Origin: Candidatus Eiseniibacteriota bacterium
GTDB lineage: Bacteria > Eisenbacteria > RBG-16-71-46
Direction: 5' to 3'
DNA length: 64,000 bases
Assembly: GCA_963744995.1 (NCBI GenBank)
Contig: CAVUWA010000002.1
Location: 763,302 to 827,301, forward strand
How positions within the stretch are numbered: the first letter of the stretch is position 1; the number at the start of each line of letters is the position of its first letter. A program made the translations under genes and the position numbers. Positions 45,824 to 55,289 of the stretch are shown one piece after another. The notes below the pieces were generated by a model, which saw only the letters and a list, made by a program, of their open reading frames with translations, was not told the DNA's origin and ran no database searches.

Positions 45824-46546
45824 TCATGCCCGCCGCCACCACATGCCCGTCCACTCCGGCACGCGCGCCCAGCCGTTGGCGCGAATCAGCCGTGCGTACG
45901 GCTCGCCGAAGAAGAAGCCGCAGGCCCGGGCCGCGGCCTCGACGCTCTCGAACTCGAAGTCGGTGGAGACGACCCGGTGCTCGAAGCCCATCTCCGCCTC
46001 GAGCCACGCATAGTACGCGGCGAGCCCCGCCGCGGGCGCGGCGGGCCGGGTGACGGCGGTGCCCATCGTCTCGAAGATCACCACCGCGCCGCCGGGGCGC
46101 GCGACGCGGCCCATCTCGCCGATCGCGCGCGTCGCGTTCTCCATCCAGCGGTCGCGCGTCCAGAACGTGAAATGGCCGAACACCCAGCCCGCCGTGACGA
46201 CGTCGAACGCATGATTCGCAAGCGGCAGCGCGCGCGCGTCCGCCACCACGTACGCCGCGCGCGTCGCGCCCAGGGTCTCGAGGCGTCGCTTCGCGACCGC
46301 GAGCATGTGGGGTTCGCGCTCGGCGGCGACGAGCCGGGCGCAGCCGGGCGCGGCGAGGCGCGCGAGCCGTCCGGTGCCGGAGCCCACGTCGAGCACCGCG
46401 CGGCCCGCCAGGGGCGCCACCGCCTCGAGCGCGGGCAGCAGCCGGCCTTCGCAGTCTTCCGCCGAGACCAGGCGATCGTACGCCTCGGCGGCGCCACGGT
46501 AGACCTCGCGGCAGCGATCGAGGGATTCCGATTCGGGAATCAGCAC
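45824..46546 (-). CDS. Class I SAM-dependent methyltransferase
   Basis: VLDVGSGTGRLARLAA (motif I), ...FDVVTAGWVFGHF... Confidence 0.75.
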   Translation of the reverse strand: MLIPESESLDRCREVYRGAAEAYDRLVSAEDCEGRLLPALEAVAPLAGRAVLDVGSGTGRLARLAAPGCARLVAAEREPHMLAVAKRRLETLGATRAAYVVADARALPLANHAFDVVTAGWVFGHFTFWTRDRWMENATRAIGEMGRVARPGGAVVIFETMGTAVTRPAAPAAGLAAYYAWLEAEMGFEHRVVSTDFEFESVEAAARACGFFFGEPYARLIRANGWARVPEWTGMWWRRA

Positions 46547-46609
46547 GGCCGGACTGCCACGGGGCGGGGGCCCAGGCGCCGGGGCGCGCGCGCCGGCGGG
46601 ACGCCTCCG

Positions 46610-47386
46610 TCAGGCGCCGACGATGTTGTAGCCGCCGTCCACATACATGATCTCGCCGGTGATGCCGCTGCTCATCGGCGAGAGCAGGAACAACCCGGCC
46701 GAACCCACCTCTTCCTGGGTCACGTTGCGCTTGAGCGGAGCCTTCTCGGCATGGCTGTTGAGCATGCCGACGAACCCGTGGATGCCGCGCGCGGCCAGGG
46801 TGCTCACCGGGCCCGCGGAGATGGCGTTCACGCGGATCTTCCTGGGGCCGAGTTCCAGCGCCAGCTGCCGCACGCTCTGCTCGAGCGCCGCCTTCGCGGT
46901 GCCCATGATGTTGTAGGACGGCACCGCACGCTCGGCCGCGAGGTAGGTCAGCGTGACGACCGCGGCCTCGCCCTTTTCGAGCAGCGGCAGCGCGCGGTTC
47001 GTCACGTTGAGCAGCGAGTACGCGCTCACGTCGAGCGTCAGCTGGTAGCCGGCGCGCGAGGTGGACACGAACGCCCCCTCGAGATCCTCCTTGGACGCGA
47101 ATGCGACGCCGTGCACCATCATCTCGATCGAGCCCCACTCCGCGCCGAGCCGCTCCACCATCGCGTCGATGGTCTCGTCGCGGGTCACGTCGCATTCGAG
47201 CAGCAGCGCGTCCGGCAGATCGGCGGCGGTCTTCTCGAGCAGCCCTTTCATCCGGTCGTTGGGGTAGGTGAGGCACAGTCGAGCCCCCGCCTGATGCAGC
47301 TGCAGCGCGATCGCCCACGACAGGCTGCGATGGTTGGCCACGCCCATCACCAGCGCGTGCTTTCCAGCGAGATCGATGCCGTACAT
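46610..47386 (-). CDS. fabI: Enoyl-[acyl-carrier-protein] reductase (NADH)
   Basis: LVMGVANHRSLSWAIA..., ...Y..MG.AKAALE... (Tyr-x6-Lys), SDR fold. Confidence 0.9.
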   Translation of the reverse strand: MYGIDLAGKHALVMGVANHRSLSWAIALQLHQAGARLCLTYPNDRMKGLLEKTAADLPDALLLECDVTRDETIDAMVERLGAEWGSIEMMVHGVAFASKEDLEGAFVSTSRAGYQLTLDVSAYSLLNVTNRALPLLEKGEAAVVTLTYLAAERAVPSYNIMGTAKAALEQSVRQLALELGPRKIRVNAISAGPVSTLAARGIHGFVGMLNSHAEKAPLKRNVTQEEVGSAGLFLLSPMSSGITGEIMYVDGGYNIVGA

Positions 47387-47400
47387 GGGAATCCTTTCGC

Positions 47401-49380
47401 TCAGCCGAGACCGCGCTGCTGCCAGACGCGGATGGGAAAGATGATCACCTGGATGCCGGCGAACTGGAGCCGGCGCTGGATCGAGAAGGACGTCTCGTGA
47501 TGGAGCGTGCGGGTGAACAGCGTCTCGCGCTCGAAGACCAGCTGCCCGGCGCAGACGACGCAGCGCCTGAATTCACGGGTGAGCCCCAGGCACATGTCTT
47601 CGAGCTCCTCGATCAGATCGGTGCCGACACGGTAGCGGAAGTCGGCGTAATAGCCCATCCGGTTCGCGAGGTCGACGAACCGCTCGAGATCGCCCCGCAC
47701 CTTGCCCTCGAGCGCTTCGATGTGCTCGACGCCCTTGAACTGGCCCGAATCCACGAGCCCCACGGTGGCGAACACGATGTTCCTGAAATGCCCCGGCAGC
47801 ATGCGCTGGATCGACAGCAGCGTGTGGATGCCGAGCCCGTCGTATTTCTCGACCAGCACGATCGCCGTCGGGCCGTTCGGCGCCATCACCGGCGTCGCCT
47901 TGAGCTCCGGCAGCGGCAGATCCATGACGATCTCGTCGAGCGAGCGCAGCATCCGCCGCGCGCTGCGATAGTGCGCGCGGACGCCGAAGCTCACCACGAT
48001 GAACAGCCCGGTCACCAGCAGCGACACCCACACGCCCTGGGTGAACTTGAGGATCGCGGTGAGCAGCAGGATGAAGCCGGTGACGGTGGTGCCGATCGCG
48101 GCGATGGCGAGCCGGTGCTTCCAGTTGCGCACGGTGTCGCGTACCTGGATCCAGTGCCGCACCATGCCGGCCTGGGTGAGCGTGAACGCGATGAAGACGT
48201 TGATGGAGTACATCACCACCAGGATGCTCACCGCGCCCTGCGTGTAGGTGACCAGCGCCACCGCGGCGAGGCCCATCGTGATGACGCCGTTCTGGGTGAC
48301 GAGCCGCTCGGACAGGTGTGCGAAGCGCTTCGGCACCCAGCCGTCGAGCGCCATCGCGGCGAGCGTGCTCGGGCCGGCGACGAACCCGGTCTGCGCGGCG
48401 ACGAACAGCAGCGCGCCCTCCGAGATCAGCGTGAACCAGACCACGCCTTCGCCGATGTCGATGTCGCCGAGATGCCAGCCGTGGGTGAGCAGCGAGAACA
48501 GCGACGCGTTGAGCGTGCGGCCGGCCTGCTGCTGCACGTCCCACAGCAGGTAGCACAGCAGGATGCCGCCGGCGGTGAAGGCGAGCGAGATCGCCATGTA
48601 CAGCATCGTGCGCTTGCCGGTCGCGATCTTCGGCTCGCGCAGGATGTTGGTGCTGTTGCTCACCGCCTCGATGCCGGTGTAGGTGCCGCCGCCGAGCGAG
48701 TACGCCTTGAAGAAGATCATGAACACGGCCAGTGCGCCGAGTGCGCCGACCGATTCCCGCGTCTTGTGCACGGTCTCCACCGCGATCGGGCCGAGCTGGG
48801 TGGCGTGGGTGAGAATTCCGTACGAGATCAGGACGACGTGGCTGATCATGAAGCTCAGGAAGATCGGGATCAGCACGGTGATCGACTCACGCACGCCGCG
48901 CATGTTGAGGCCGGTGAGGAACAGGATCGCGATCACGGCGGTCGGAACCTTCCACACGTCCCAATCGGTCGGCAGGAACGAGTAGATCGCGTCGCAGCCG
49001 GAGGCCACCGAAATCGAGATCGTCAGCACGTAGTCGACGACCAGCGAGCCGCCGGCGATCACGCCGGGGACCGGGCCGAGCAGCTGCGTCGCCACCAGGT
49101 AGCCGCCGCCGCCGGTCGGGAACAGCTCGACGATCTGCCGGTAGGAGGCCGAGATCAGGAACACGGTGGCCACCATCGCGCCGGCGAGATAGAGCGCGAG
49201 GTAGCGGTGGTTGCCGAGCTGCAGGAAGGTCTCTTCCGGACCATAGGCGGACGACGAGAGGCCGTCCGAACCGAGCCCCACCCAGGCGAAGAACGCGATC
49301 AGGGCCAGGCTGTGGAAGATCCTCGGATCGAACAGATTCTTCGGCCCACCGAGCAGAATGCTGCGAATGCGTTTGAACAC
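47401..49380 (-). CDS. KimA-type K+/H+ symporter (APC superfamily) with a C-terminal cytoplasmic domain
   Basis: VFKRIRSILLGGP..., ...FPTGGGGYLVATQLLGPVPGVIAGGSLVVDYVLTISISVASG... parallels B. subtilis KimA (MFHQIKRLLIGKP..., GGGAYIV...GGSLLVDYILTV). GTG 49378-49380 is preferred over the upstream ATG 49422. Confidence 0.8.
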   Translation of the reverse strand: MFKRIRSILLGGPKNLFDPRIFHSLALIAFFAWVGLGSDGLSSSAYGPEETFLQLGNHRYLALYLAGAMVATVFLISASYRQIVELFPTGGGGYLVATQLLGPVPGVIAGGSLVVDYVLTISISVASGCDAIYSFLPTDWDVWKVPTAVIAILFLTGLNMRGVRESITVLIPIFLSFMISHVVLISYGILTHATQLGPIAVETVHKTRESVGALGALAVFMIFFKAYSLGGGTYTGIEAVSNSTNILREPKIATGKRTMLYMAISLAFTAGGILLCYLLWDVQQQAGRTLNASLFSLLTHGWHLGDIDIGEGVVWFTLISEGALLFVAAQTGFVAGPSTLAAMALDGWVPKRFAHLSERLVTQNGVITMGLAAVALVTYTQGAVSILVVMYSINVFIAFTLTQAGMVRHWIQVRDTVRNWKHRLAIAAIGTTVTGFILLLTAILKFTQGVWVSLLVTGLFIVVSFGVRAHYRSARRMLRSLDEIVMDLPLPELKATPVMAPNGPTAIVLVEKYDGLGIHTLLSIQRMLPGHFRNIVFATVGLVDSGQFKGVEHIEALEGKVRGDLERFVDLANRMGYYADFRYRVGTDLIEELEDMCLGLTREFRRCVVCAGQLVFERETLFTRTLHHETSFSIQRRLQFAGIQVIIFPIRVWQQRGLG

Positions 49381-49387
49381 GCGTGGG

Positions 49388-49421
49388 AATCTAGGGGCCG
49401 GGGCAGCACATATCAAGGTCA
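49388..49421 (-). promoter_or_regulatory. sigma70-like promoter (TTGATA, 17-nt spacer, TAGATT) about 7 nt upstream of the kimA-like GTG, implying a leaderless or very short-leader mRNA
   Basis: Hexamers read on the minus strand in the one AT-rich patch of the region. Confidence 0.35.
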
Positions 49422-49518
49422 TGACATGTAGAATGGGGCCCCGTCACGGAGGTGAGGTGCGCGCGAGGTGCACCGCAGGCTCCCGGCGATGCACCCATGC
49501 CCGGATGGGCCGGAAGGA

Positions 49519-51105
49519 ATGCCCCGTATCCGTCTCACGATGATGCTTGCCGCGGCCGCGGTTCTGCTCACGACCACCGGCGATCGGCTCGCGCCGGGGC
49601 ACGGGCCCGACGGCGTGCACGCCGTGCGCTCGGGCGCTCCGGCGGGGCTGCCCGTGTTCGCGCTGTTCGGCTGGGTGAGCCCGCCGGCCGACTTCGCCGA
49701 CAGCGCGCGCTACGCGGAGATGGCCGCCGCGGGGCTCAACCTCGCACTGCCCGCGTTCGACGACTCCGGTGGACTCGCCCCGCCCGGCGCGCAGCTGGAC
49801 CTCGCGGAAGCGAACGGACTGCGCGTCATACTCTGGGACCCGCGCTTCGAGAAGCTGGCCGACCCGGGCTACGATCCGGACTCGCTGCTCGATCGCATCG
49901 TCGCCGACTACCGGGATCATCCGGGGCTCGCGGGCTACTACCTGGGTGACGAGCCGCAGCCGTCCCTGCTGCCGTTGCTGGCCCGGGTGCACGCGGGCCT
50001 GCGCGCGCGCGACCCCGCGCACCCCGGCTGGAACAACCTGTTCGGCCGGCAGGCCTACGGCAGCGCGGATGCGCTCGAAGCGGCGCTGCGCGCCTACGCC
50101 GACAGCGTCGCGCCCGCGGTGCTGAGCGACGACCACTACGACTTCACGGAGAGCGGCGATCGGGGCCATTTCATCGAGAACGTGACGCGGCTCGCCGCGG
50201 TCGCACGCGCGCACGGCATTCCGTTCTGGTGCGTGGTGCAGCTCACCCAGCACGCGATATTCCGCGCGCTCACGCCGGGCGAGCTGCGCTGGCAGGTGTC
50301 GCATCTGCTCGCGTACGGCGCGCGCGGTGTCGGCTACTTCACCTACTGGACCCCGGCCGCGGACCCGTACTGGAACTGGCAGCCGGCGGTGATCGACACC
50401 GACGGCACGCGCACGTCGTGGTTCGACGTCCTCGCGGCCTTCAATCCGTACGTGCGTGCGGCCGGCGAGCGGCTCGCGGCCCTCGCCTGGATCACCACGC
50501 AGCATGCGGGCAGCGTGCCGGCAGGCGGGCAGGCGTTCGCGCCGGACGACTGGGTGTCGGCGGTCGAGGGGCGTGCGGCGATCGGCGAATTCGCCGATGC
50601 GCAGGGCGGTCGCCGCGTCGTCGTCGCGAACAGCGACTCGGCGTCGGCGCAGCAGATCGCCCTGACGTTCCCGGGCGCCGACTCGGTGGCGTGGCTCCTG
50701 CCGCCGGGGACGTCGTGGAGCGCCGCACCGGCCGGCGTCGTCCCGGGCGGCCTGCGCGTCACCATGACGATCGAGGCCGGTTCGTTCCGGTTGCTGCGGA
50801 TCTTCGGTGCGGACGGGGGCAGCGGCGCGAGCGGCACGCGTCCGGGCCTCGATCTCTCGCCCAACCCCGCGCGCGGCGCGTGCCGCATGGCCGTAGCCGC
50901 CGCGGTGGGTGGCGCGACGCTCGAGATCATCGACGCCGGCGGCCGGCGCATATGGGCGCGCGCGCTCGCACCCGGACGCTCGGTGGTCGAATGGCACGGC
51001 GAGACCGACGGCGGCGGCCGCGCCCCCGGCGGGCTCTACTTCGCCCGCATCCGCGACGAGCGCGGCACCGCCGTGCGGCGGCTGGCCTGGCTCGGGGCGA
51101 ACTGA
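49519..51105 (+). CDS. Secreted TIM-barrel glycoside-hydrolase-like protein with a C-terminal FlgD-Ig/Por-type sorting domain
   Basis: GGAAGG RBS; signal peptide MPRIRLTMMLAAAAVLLTT. ...YYLGDEP... C-terminal tail ...GLDLSPNPARGACRMAV...GLYFARIRDERGTAVRRLAWL. Confidence 0.65.
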   Translation: MPRIRLTMMLAAAAVLLTTTGDRLAPGHGPDGVHAVRSGAPAGLPVFALFGWVSPPADFADSARYAEMAAAGLNLALPAFDDSGGLAPPGAQLDLAEANGLRVILWDPRFEKLADPGYDPDSLLDRIVADYRDHPGLAGYYLGDEPQPSLLPLLARVHAGLRARDPAHPGWNNLFGRQAYGSADALEAALRAYADSVAPAVLSDDHYDFTESGDRGHFIENVTRLAAVARAHGIPFWCVVQLTQHAIFRALTPGELRWQVSHLLAYGARGVGYFTYWTPAADPYWNWQPAVIDTDGTRTSWFDVLAAFNPYVRAAGERLAALAWITTQHAGSVPAGGQAFAPDDWVSAVEGRAAIGEFADAQGGRRVVVANSDSASAQQIALTFPGADSVAWLLPPGTSWSAAPAGVVPGGLRVTMTIEAGSFRLLRIFGADGGSGASGTRPGLDLSPNPARGACRMAVAAAVGGATLEIIDAGGRRIWARALAPGRSVVEWHGETDGGGRAPGGLYFARIRDERGTAVRRLAWLGAN

Positions 51106-51794
51106 TGGCGAAGGCGCCCTCGACCGCGGCCATCGCAAAACGCATCGTCGCCTGCGAGAAGTGCGAGCGGCTGCGCGAGTGGTGCACACGCGTGGCGCGC
51201 GAGAAACGCCCCATGTACGCGCACGAAACCTACTGGGGGCGGCCGGTGCCGGGCTTCGGCGATCCGCGCGCACGGCTGCTGATCGTGGGGCTCGCCCCGG
51301 CGGCGCACGGCGCGAACCGCACCGGGCGCATGTTCACCGGCGATTCGAGCGGCGACTGGCTGTACGAAGCGCTGCACCGCTACGGCTTCGCCAGCCGGCC
51401 GGACTCCGTGTCGCGCCACGACGGCATGCGACTCACCGACTGCTACGTCACCGCGGCGGTGCGCTGCGCACCGCCCGGCAACAAGCCCGTGCGCGAGGAG
51501 TTCGACGCCTGCCGCCCGTACCTCGAGGCCGAGATCCGCGCGCTCACCCGCGTGCGCGTGGTGCTGGCGCTCGGGCGGATCGCGCACGAATCGTGGCTCC
51601 GCGCTTCGGGCTGGTGGCTCAGGACCACGCCGCGCGAGCGGCCGGCGTTCGCGCACGGGCGCGTGGCCCGGCTCTCCGACGGCGTGACGCTGGTGAGTTC
51701 CTACCACCCGAGCCGCCAGAACACCAACACCGGCACACTGACGCACAAGATGTGGTACGCCGCGTTCGAGAAGGCGCGCGGCGCGATGCGCTAA
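51105..51794 (+). CDS. Uracil-DNA glycosylase superfamily protein with a 4Fe-4S cluster; motif A is GLAPAAHG (family 5/UDGb-like rather than family 4 GEAPG)
   Basis: CEKCERL...C cysteines, ...LIVGLAPAAHGANRTGRMFTGDSSG..., motif B ...SSYHPSRQN. Confidence 0.85.
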   Translation: MAKAPSTAAIAKRIVACEKCERLREWCTRVAREKRPMYAHETYWGRPVPGFGDPRARLLIVGLAPAAHGANRTGRMFTGDSSGDWLYEALHRYGFASRPDSVSRHDGMRLTDCYVTAAVRCAPPGNKPVREEFDACRPYLEAEIRALTRVRVVLALGRIAHESWLRASGWWLRTTPRERPAFAHGRVARLSDGVTLVSSYHPSRQNTNTGTLTHKMWYAAFEKARGAMR

Positions 51795-51834
51795 TCCCGC
51801 CAGCCCGGCGGCGCGATCGGCGCGTGCCGCGCGC

Positions 51835-54015
51835 TCACGGGGCCGCGGATTTCGGCAGCCCCCAGATCTGCTGAAGCACGAAGTCCACCACCTTCGTGCA
51901 CTGTGCCTTCTGCAGGTTCCAGAGGTCGAAGCCGCTGGTGACCACCCGCGTCCCGTCGGCGCCGTGGTAATAGGTCATCGTGACGTTCTCGGGATTGGTG
52001 GAGGGCAGGCCCGGGCCCACCGCCCGATAGAGCGTATCGAGCGTGCTCGCGGTGTCGGGCATGCCCGGCACCATGCTGACGTCCTCGAGCACCTCGTTCG
52101 GTTGGCTCAGGAATTCGAAGTCGAGCGAGTGGTAGTAGAGAAAGAAGGCCTGCCCGGTGCGCGTGGGTGGCAGCGGATCGGTGGCGAGGGTCTTGAGCGA
52201 CAGCGTCGGCGGCAGCAGCGCGTAGTCGGGGGCCATCGGCCAGCCGCCCACGGCGCGCGCCGAACGGATCATCGTCGCCTGCGCGCGGGTCGCGTCGTAA
52301 TCCGAGCGCCAGCCGGTGGCCTCGTAATAGAAGCCGCCCGGGTGGAGCCCCTGCGGCGTCGCCGCCTGCGCCGTGCCGCCCCCCAGCAGCCACAGCCGGC
52401 CCCCCTGGCCGACGTACGCCGCCAGCGCGTTGATCACGCCGCCCGAGTTCATCACCCGCAGCGACGTCCGGTCGTGGCGCCCGTTGTTGAGCGCGCTCAG
52501 TGCATCGACGATCCAGATCACGTGACGGTAGGTGCTGAGCGTCGTGAAGCTGAACACGTCGTCGGTCGTGCCGAGCGTGTCGTACGCGTAGCCGGCGAAC
52601 AGGCCGGGTGGCGTGAGCGTACCGGCGGGCAGGCAACGCCAGGGCACGTTGCCGCGCGCATAGAGGAATGTGTCCAGCTCCGCCGCAGTCGGCCAGTAGC
52701 CGGAGGCCGGCAGCGGGCAGCCGCCCGGGCCAGCCTGGTCCGGGAGCAACCGGGTATCGTCGACGATCAGCAGATCGCGCGACATGGCCGCGCCGAGCAC
52801 GCGGGTCCTCACGATCCCGAGGCTGCGCAGGCCGAGGTCGTCGCTCGCCTCCACGTAGAAGCGGTGCTCCTCGCCGGCCGGGAACGGACCGACTTCGGCG
52901 GTGAGCGTGAGCGCGCTCGGCGTGCTCCAGTGGCCCACGTCGGTTTCCTCGTCGCTGCGGGGCGTCTCGTCGCTGACGTCGCCGTCCAGGCGCCAGCGAT
53001 AGGCGACCACGGCGCTGCCGGCATTGGGCACCGCGAACCAGCTGATCCGAACCGTGTGGTCGGGCAGCACGTCGAGAGGGATTTCGGCGCGCGGGTCGAG
53101 CGTGTAGCCGCCGCTCGGGTAGGTGTAGCGGAAGTAGTCGTTGTAGAGCGTGAACGTCGGGCCGATCGTCGCCGCGAGGCTCACTTTGAAGCGCAGCACG
53201 TTGGTGTTGAGCGAAAAGACCGGCGAATACGCGCCCGCCTCGTCGATCGCCACGACGACGAACACGTAGGTGGCGCCCGGGGTCAGGTTCGTGAAGTGCA
53301 CGAGCGGACGGTCGCCCGGCGTCGAATCCCATCCGGCGAACGCCGGCGCGAAGTAGCGCCTGAGCGAATCGGGATCGCTGATCGCGACCGACTGCGGGAA
53401 CGACGAGGACGACGTGAGCAGCAGGTACTTGTAGGCGACCGGCGCCTTCGAGTTCACGCCGTCCGGATCGGTGCCGGTCCAGTGCAGCTCGATCGACGAG
53501 GACAGGTTGGCCGGGAGCAGGGCGTTCGGGATCGGGGTCGTGATGATCACCGACGGCGCGACCGTGCGTGTGAAGAACGCCCGCGTCTCGGGCACCGAGG
53601 CCAGCCCCTGGCGGTCGAAGGCCTTGATCAGGAACACGTGGAAGGCGACCGCCTGGCCCGCGGCGCCGCTCGGGTCCGGCTCGTCGGAGCGGAAGACGAG
53701 GCGCGTCTCGTGATCTTCCGTGCGGACCCAGGCGGTATCGTCCGGCGCCGGATCCACCGCGTATTCGAAGTGGTCGATCGCGCCGTCCGGGTCGTACGCG
53801 AACCACTCCAGCGTGTACGCGTACGTGTAGGGTACGGTGGAGCTGGCAGGCGCGTGCTCGAGCTCGATCACCGGGCGCTGGTTGGGAACCAGCATTCCGG
53901 CGGGGCGCTTCACGCAGGCACCCGCCGCCCAGGCGAGCGCCCCTGCGGCGAGCACGGCGGGCAGGGCGTGCCGCAGGCGCAACGGCGCGGGCCGGGCACG
54001 CTCTCGCGCGCTCAT
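51835..54015 (-). CDS. Large predicted lipoprotein with FN3/Ig-like beta-sandwich repeats (third gene of a coupled three-gene operon)
   Basis: Signal peptide plus ...LAWAAGAC. Repeated ...W.G.D.DG... beta-sandwich segments. ATG overlaps the upstream stop (ATGA). Confidence 0.7.
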   Translation of the reverse strand: MSARERARPAPLRLRHALPAVLAAGALAWAAGACVKRPAGMLVPNQRPVIELEHAPASSTVPYTYAYTLEWFAYDPDGAIDHFEYAVDPAPDDTAWVRTEDHETRLVFRSDEPDPSGAAGQAVAFHVFLIKAFDRQGLASVPETRAFFTRTVAPSVIITTPIPNALLPANLSSSIELHWTGTDPDGVNSKAPVAYKYLLLTSSSSFPQSVAISDPDSLRRYFAPAFAGWDSTPGDRPLVHFTNLTPGATYVFVVVAIDEAGAYSPVFSLNTNVLRFKVSLAATIGPTFTLYNDYFRYTYPSGGYTLDPRAEIPLDVLPDHTVRISWFAVPNAGSAVVAYRWRLDGDVSDETPRSDEETDVGHWSTPSALTLTAEVGPFPAGEEHRFYVEASDDLGLRSLGIVRTRVLGAAMSRDLLIVDDTRLLPDQAGPGGCPLPASGYWPTAAELDTFLYARGNVPWRCLPAGTLTPPGLFAGYAYDTLGTTDDVFSFTTLSTYRHVIWIVDALSALNNGRHDRTSLRVMNSGGVINALAAYVGQGGRLWLLGGGTAQAATPQGLHPGGFYYEATGWRSDYDATRAQATMIRSARAVGGWPMAPDYALLPPTLSLKTLATDPLPPTRTGQAFFLYYHSLDFEFLSQPNEVLEDVSMVPGMPDTASTLDTLYRAVGPGLPSTNPENVTMTYYHGADGTRVVTSGFDLWNLQKAQCTKVVDFVLQQIWGLPKSAAP

Positions 54016-55289
54016 GGACGGCGCCCCGCGATCAGGTCGAACGCGTTGCGGCGATAGATGTAGACGACCAGCCTGGGCTGTCGCGATGGGTCGGAGGTCG
54101 TGGGGGAGGCCCAGCCGAAGTTGGAGTCGGCATCGAGGCGGTAGCCGAAGCGCGCCCTCCCGCGCATGCGCGACTCGAGGTGCGAGGCGAGGCGCGGCGA
54201 ATGGAACCGCACCCGATTGCCCGCCATCACTTCACCGATCGCGAGCGGCGAGGCAGTGGGGTCGTCGTAGGGCGGCCCCGGGTAACCGATGCCGCATGCC
54301 ATCCATGCACCCTCGGTGCCGCTGATCGTGAGCCTGCGCCCGTTCGGGTTGGAGCCCGCCGACGAAGGCGTGAGGACGAGGACCGCGTCCGCGAGCCGCA
54401 GGTCGTCGCCGTACCCGCTCAGCTCCCAGTCCATCGCACCGTTGTAGGAGGGCCCGCAACCCACGGTCGCGCTGAAGCAGCTCCGGACATCGCCGAAGTT
54501 CGACACGTGTCGCACCGAGGCCCACTGCGAGCACACCAGTGTCAGCGAGTCGACCGGCAGTCCCGTCGAGAGCGTCCCGAAGCGCCAGACCGGACCCTCG
54601 GCCACTTCGCCCGTGGACAGATTCGTCGCTCTCACCGACCAGTAGTGCGTCTCACCCAGCGTCCAGGCCGGGTCGGGAGCATAGGTGGCGAAGCCCGTCG
54701 CGGCGACCGCGGGCGCCGTGCGGGCCGCGACCGACGCCGAGTCGGAGCTTTCGAAGATCTCGTAGCGGATCGTACCGGCGGTGGGCTCGGTGGAGTCCCA
54801 CGCGAGCGGCACGAACGCCGACTCGTCCACCGTGCCGGCTGCGGGCGAGGGATGCGCCGGACGCCGCACGCCGTTGGTCCTGAACTGCCAGAAGAACGGC
54901 TCGAGCGCGGCGCCGTCCGCGGCGCGCACCCCGTCGCCGAAGCTCACCGTGTGAGTGCGCAGCAGCTCGAGCAGGGCCTGCGGCTCGATGTGCACGCGCC
55001 GCCGCGCAGGCTCCCAGGTGATCGCGATCGGGATCCGCCGCGTATCGCGCTTGAGGAAGATGCGATCGGGGCCGAGCGTCGCAGGGTCCAGGTCGCGATC
55101 GAAGTCGGCCCAGATGTCGGTCTCGGCGAGCACGCCGGTCGAGCGGCTCGCCGGCATGAGGCCCGTCACCAGCGCCGGCGGCGCTTCTTCCGGGCCGGCG
55201 AGATCCGCGGCGTGGTGCCGGGCGCAGCCGCCGAGCGCGACGGCGAGCGCGAATGCAAGCGCCGAAGTCCGGATCGAAGGCGCGCTCAT
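54012..55289 (-). CDS. Predicted lipoprotein with Ig-like domains (middle gene)
   Basis: MSAPSIRTSALAFALAVALGGC lipobox. ATGA overlaps on both sides. The ORF-track N-terminal extension is rejected. Confidence 0.7.
   Translation of the reverse strand: MSAPSIRTSALAFALAVALGGCARHHAADLAGPEEAPPALVTGLMPASRSTGVLAETDIWADFDRDLDPATLGPDRIFLKRDTRRIPIAITWEPARRRVHIEPQALLELLRTHTVSFGDGVRAADGAALEPFFWQFRTNGVRRPAHPSPAAGTVDESAFVPLAWDSTEPTAGTIRYEIFESSDSASVAARTAPAVAATGFATYAPDPAWTLGETHYWSVRATNLSTGEVAEGPVWRFGTLSTGLPVDSLTLVCSQWASVRHVSNFGDVRSCFSATVGCGPSYNGAMDWELSGYGDDLRLADAVLVLTPSSAGSNPNGRRLTISGTEGAWMACGIGYPGPPYDDPTASPLAIGEVMAGNRVRFHSPRLASHLESRMRGRARFGYRLDADSNFGWASPTTSDPSRQPRLVVYIYRRNAFDLIAGRRP

Noticed and set aside
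49444-51273. 609-aa minus ORF opposite the GH-like gene; 45770..47500 plus ORF opposite the methyltransferase and fabI; 51964..54057 plus and 57932..59899 minus ORFs
   Set aside because: All are antisense shadows of genes with clear motifs (FabI, UDG, lipoproteins, BtuB).
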